64,000 bases of DNA from Candidatus Marinacidobacterales bacterium (GTDB lineage Bacteria > Acidobacteriota > Vicinamibacteria > Marinacidobacterales > SMYC01): positions 1,148,695-1,212,694 of the forward strand of contig OZ253507.1 in assembly GCA_965262245.1 (NCBI GenBank), read 5' to 3'. Below are positions 60,437-64,000 of the stretch, piece after piece (position 1 is the stretch's first letter; every line of letters starts with the position of its first letter). Under the pieces are notes generated by a model that did no database searches, was not told the DNA's origin, and was given only the letters and a program-made list of their open reading frames with translations. The position numbers and the translations under genes are program-made.

Positions 60437-62044
60437 ATGAAAAAACGTGCGCTCTTGAGCGTGGCCGATAAGGCTGGTCTGTCTGAGTTTGCGCGCGGTC
60501 TCGCGGACCGCGGCTACGAAATCGTCTCGAGCGGAGGCACGGCCAAAGTGCTCGAGGCGGCTTCGGTTCCGGTGAGGCGTGTCGCTGAAGTCACCGGCTC
60601 TCCCGAGATTCTCGGAGGACGGGTGAAGACCCTCCACCCAACGATCCATGGCGGGATCCTCGCGAGGCGTCACTTTTCGAGCGATGTGGACGAGCTCGAT
60701 CGTCTAGGCATTCTTCCGGTCGACATCGTTGCGGTGAACTTCTACCCGTTCGAGAGCAAAGTCGCCGAAGGCAGCCCCATCGACGAGATTCTCGAGAATA
60801 TCGACATTGGCGGTCCGTCGATGCTGCGCGCATCGGCGAAAAATTTCAAGGATGTGCTCTCGGTGACGGACCCGGCCGACTACGCGCTCGTTCTGTCGAA
60901 GCTCGATAACGGCATCGACCTCGCGACACGGCTCTATCTCGCGAAAAAAGCTTTTCGCGCGAGTGCCTGCTACGAAGAAGCCATCGCGTCGTTTCTGGCG
61001 CGCCTGTCCGCCGAAGCCGACACGTTGTCGATCGAGGCTGAGCCTGAGACTAAACCTGAGACTGAGAGTGAGAAAGCCGAGAAGGACTCGAGCTTCCCGA
61101 ATAGGCTCGTGATGAGCTTCGACAAGTTGCAAGATTTGCGCTACGGTGAAAACCCGCACCAGGCCGCAGCTTTTTACCGCGACGCCGAGCCGCGCACGAT
61201 AGCTGTGGCCGGCGCGCGCCAACTCCACGGCAAGGAGCTCTCCTACAACAATATTCTCGACCTCGACGCCGCCTGGCGTCTCGCTTGCGAGCTTCCCTCG
61301 GATCGCGCCGCGGCCGTCGTCATCAAACACACGAACCCCGCAGGCGCCGCCATCGGCGATACGCTCGTCGAGGCCTATGTGGGCGCGCGCGCCACCGACC
61401 CCGTCTCGGCGTTTGGCGGGATCGTGGCGCTCAATCGTGACGTCGACGCAAAGACAGCCGAAGAGCTCCGAACGACGTTTCTCGAAGCGATCGTGGCACC
61501 CGGATTCGACGAAGAAGCGCTCCGGATCCTCACGAAGAAAAAGAATCTTCGCTTGATGACCATCGCAGATGATGCGGCGCACGCTTGGCGAGGCTCCAAT
61601 CTTTGCCGCGTGCTCGGTGGGCTGCTCGTTCAAAGCTGGGATCAGAAAGGGACCGAGGAGCGTTTCGAGGTCGTGACCGAGCGCGGCCCGACCGAATCAC
61701 AAGAGCGCGCGCTGCGCTTGGCCTGCATCGCGGCGAAACACGTGAAGTCGAACGCCATCGTGCTCGCCAAAGGCGACGCGCTCGTGGGCGTGGGCGCGGG
61801 TCAAATGAGCCGCGTCGACTCTGCGCGCATCGCGGTCGAAAAAGCCCAGAGCGTAGTCGAAGGATCCGTCGCCGCCTCGGATGCGTTTTTCCCGTTCCGA
61901 GACGGTGTCGACGCGCTAGCCGAAGCCGGCGTGGTCGCAATCGTGCAGCCGGGTGGATCGGTCCGCGACGAGGAAGTGATTGCGGCCGCGAACGAGAGGG
62001 AAGTGGCGATGGTTTTTACTGGGCGCCGCCATTTTCGACACTAG
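60437..62044 (+). CDS. purH: Bifunctional AICAR transformylase/IMP cyclohydrolase
   Basis: [40 protein letters not shown]. Confidence 0.97.
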   Translation: MKKRALLSVADKAGLSEFARGLADRGYEIVSSGGTAKVLEAASVPVRRVAEVTGSPEILGGRVKTLHPTIHGGILARRHFSSDVDELDRLGILPVDIVAVNFYPFESKVAEGSPIDEILENIDIGGPSMLRASAKNFKDVLSVTDPADYALVLSKLDNGIDLATRLYLAKKAFRASACYEEAIASFLARLSAEADTLSIEAEPETKPETESEKAEKDSSFPNRLVMSFDKLQDLRYGENPHQAAAFYRDAEPRTIAVAGARQLHGKELSYNNILDLDAAWRLACELPSDRAAAVVIKHTNPAGAAIGDTLVEAYVGARATDPVSAFGGIVALNRDVDAKTAEELRTTFLEAIVAPGFDEEALRILTKKKNLRLMTIADDAAHAWRGSNLCRVLGGLLVQSWDQKGTEERFEVVTERGPTESQERALRLACIAAKHVKSNAIVLAKGDALVGVGAGQMSRVDSARIAVEKAQSVVEGSVAASDAFFPFRDGVDALAEAGVVAIVQPGGSVRDEEVIAAANEREVAMVFTGRRHFRH

Positions 62045-62046
62045 GA

Positions 62047-63027
62047 CTACGGGAGGTTGATTAGCTCATCGGGCTCCACGGTCGCGGTTCCGAGTTTGCC
62101 GACGACGATGCCGGCAGCTCGATTGGCGATCTCGGCAGCGTGAGCGAGCGTGGCGCCTCCAGCGAGGGCCAAGGCGGCCGCGGCGATGACGGTGTCTCCG
62201 GCACCGGAGACATCGAAGACCTCGTGGGCGAAGGTCGGGATATGCAGCGGTGCACCCCCGGCCTCGAACAGGCTCATCCCTCGCTCGCCGCGCGTGATGA
62301 GAACAGCCTCGCATCCCAGCTCTTTCAAGATCGAGCTCGCGGTTTGCTCGAGATCGTCTTCGGTATGAACGACGAGCCCGGCGAAACGCTCGGCCTCGAT
62401 CAGGTTTGGGGTCACGAGCGTGACCCCTCGATACATCCGGTAGCGCCGGAGTTTCGGGTCGACGAGGACCGGGATGGAACGCTCTTTGGCGAGCTCGATC
62501 GCGCGTCCGATGATGTTCGGCGTGAGCGTGCCTTTCGCGTAGTCGGAGAGCACTACGGCGCGGGCCTCGCGCACGAGACGGGCGAGAGCGTCGAGGGCCC
62601 GAGCCTCGACGCCGCCTGCCAAGTCGTTCGAGGACTCCCAATCGGCGCGCACGACCTGTTGGCTGCCGGCGATGATACGCGTCTTGACCGTTGTGCGGCG
62701 CGCGTCGTCGGCGATGACGGCATCTTCCGACATGCCGCGGTCGCGGAGCTTTTGTCGGAGCTCGCTCGCGGCGCTGTCCTTGCCGACGACGCCGAGGAGC
62801 AGCGGCCGCATCCCGAGGCTCGCGAGGTTGCGCGCCACGTTCGCCGCGCCTCCGAGATGAAAGCTTTCGCGGTCAATCTCGACGACGGGAACGGGCGCCT
62901 CGGGCGAGATGCGCGAAACGTTCCCCCAGACGAATTTGTCCAGCATCACGTCGCCGATGACGGCAATCGGAACGTCGCGCGCCGCGGTGAGAAGAGTTTT
63001 TGTGTCGAGCTCGTTTGCAGACTTCAT
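62047..63027 (-). CDS. rfaE1: D-glycero-beta-D-manno-heptose-7-phosphate kinase (RfaE domain I)
   Basis: GDVMLD, RISPEAPVPV, GGAANV, SDYAKG, DVSGAGDT. Confidence 0.92.
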   Translation of the reverse strand: MKSANELDTKTLLTAARDVPIAVIGDVMLDKFVWGNVSRISPEAPVPVVEIDRESFHLGGAANVARNLASLGMRPLLLGVVGKDSAASELRQKLRDRGMSEDAVIADDARRTTVKTRIIAGSQQVVRADWESSNDLAGGVEARALDALARLVREARAVVLSDYAKGTLTPNIIGRAIELAKERSIPVLVDPKLRRYRMYRGVTLVTPNLIEAERFAGLVVHTEDDLEQTASSILKELGCEAVLITRGERGMSLFEAGGAPLHIPTFAHEVFDVSGAGDTVIAAAALALAGGATLAHAAEIANRAAGIVVGKLGTATVEPDELINLP

Positions 63028-64000
63028 GATTCGCGATCCGTTTGGTCGTCTTTGACGTTTGGGGCGTTCGGCCCGGAGCTCGTCTCGAGCATCCATGGCA
63101 CGGTCATGGCGAAGAGAAACAGCATTTGGAACTCCGAGTCTCCGAAGTTGTACTCGAACTGCCCGGCGAGAAAACCAGCGAGCATCACCCCCATCGCCCC
63201 GGCGGCGAGAGAGCGCGCTCTCGGATCGTGGCGCGCACGCTTGAAGGCGCGCGCGCTCGCGACGAAGGCGACGGCGATGAGAGAAAGCCAGGCGAGCAGG
63301 CAGGGCAGTCCCCGCTCCGCGGCGATCTGAGCGATGTTGTTGTGAAGGTGCGGGTTCTTGCGGAGGGGCGCTTCGGGCATGCGATAAATGGGGTAGACAT
63401 CCTTGACCATGTTCAGCCCGACCCCGAGCCAGGGGTGGTTCGCCACCATTTGCGCGCCCGAGTGGAGCATGTATATTCGATCCATCCCCGATGTATCCGG
63501 GCTCAGAAAAGAGCCGAGACGTTGCTCCACGCCGCGCGGCAGCACCATGACGGCCGCCAGGGCGAGAATCGGAGCGAGCAGCAGGAGCCTTCGATCCCTG
63601 AGGAAGGCGAGAGTGAGCGTGGCGACGACTATTCCGATCCAGGCACTGCGTGTCAACGTGAGTACGAGCGCGACGCCGATAACGGCGACGCTCCCCAAAA
63701 AAAAGCGATGATGGCGGCCGCGGAACATTAGCCCCGCTATGGCGAAGATACCCACGCTCATGAGCAGCCCCGAATAAGTCATGTAGTGGCCCATGAAACC
63801 GTGGATGCGGTGGTCGAGGTCGCCGAGCTCGCCGAACAGATACTGCCACAGACCAACGAGAGCGCCGATATCCGCCATGAGGATCAGGACCAGCACGAGT
63901 GTCTCGACGCTCCGTGTATGCCGCACCGAGCTCACCAGCATCAACGGCACCATCAAGAGCAAGAGCTTCCTGCTCGCATGTACGCTCATCGCCGGATCGA
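63024..64000 (-). CDS. O-antigen ligase family protein (5' end outside window)
   Basis: TRSAWIG, GVG, HLHNN, EYNFGDSE. Confidence 0.85.
   Translation of the reverse strand, partial: DPAMSVHASRKLLLLMVPLMLVSSVRHTRSVETLVLVLILMADIGALVGLWQYLFGELGDLDHRIHGFMGHYMTYSGLLMSVGIFAIAGLMFRGRHHRFFLGSVAVIGVALVLTLTRSAWIGIVVATLTLAFLRDRRLLLLAPILALAAVMVLPRGVEQRLGSFLSPDTSGMDRIYMLHSGAQMVANHPWLGVGLNMVKDVYPIYRMPEAPLRKNPHLHNNIAQIAAERGLPCLLAWLSLIAVAFVASARAFKRARHDPRARSLAAGAMGVMLAGFLAGQFEYNFGDSEFQMLFLFAMTVPWMLETSSGPNAPNVKDDQTDRES

Overview
GC-rich bacterial chromosomal segment; gene content suggests Acidobacteriota, possibly Vicinamibacteria-like (inference, not tested). It is mostly housekeeping: pyrK-pyrD-pyrF, pdxR-pdxS-pdxT, 2-oxoacid:ferredoxin oxidoreductase, uvrA, nth, thiS/thiG, selA, purH, heptose kinase, a PilB/GspE ATPase and Pal. 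It also holds one complete IS1182-like element (18-bp IRs, CTAG duplication) and a mosaic, partly broken surface-polysaccharide island (~23.3-36.9 kb). Most notable: (i) an uncharacterised two-gene module (3454-6197) behind a sigma54-like promoter, split at its junction by the IS; (ii) a ~450-nt structured region under a sigma54/IHF-like promoter upstream of a GlrR-like activator (candidate sRNA); (iii) several apparent pseudoenzymes with intact ORFs: a GAFTGA-less sigma54 activator under its own sigma54 promoter, an HtrA partner lacking its triad, an orphan NuoM/NuoN-like pair that has lost most charged residues, and a PLC/P1-like protein; (iv) heptamer-repeat palindromes at gene junctions; (v) frequent apparently leaderless genes. 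Many single-base frameshifts and three in-frame stops suggest an error-prone assembly, so pseudogene calls are tentative. No rRNA, tRNA or CRISPR array was seen.
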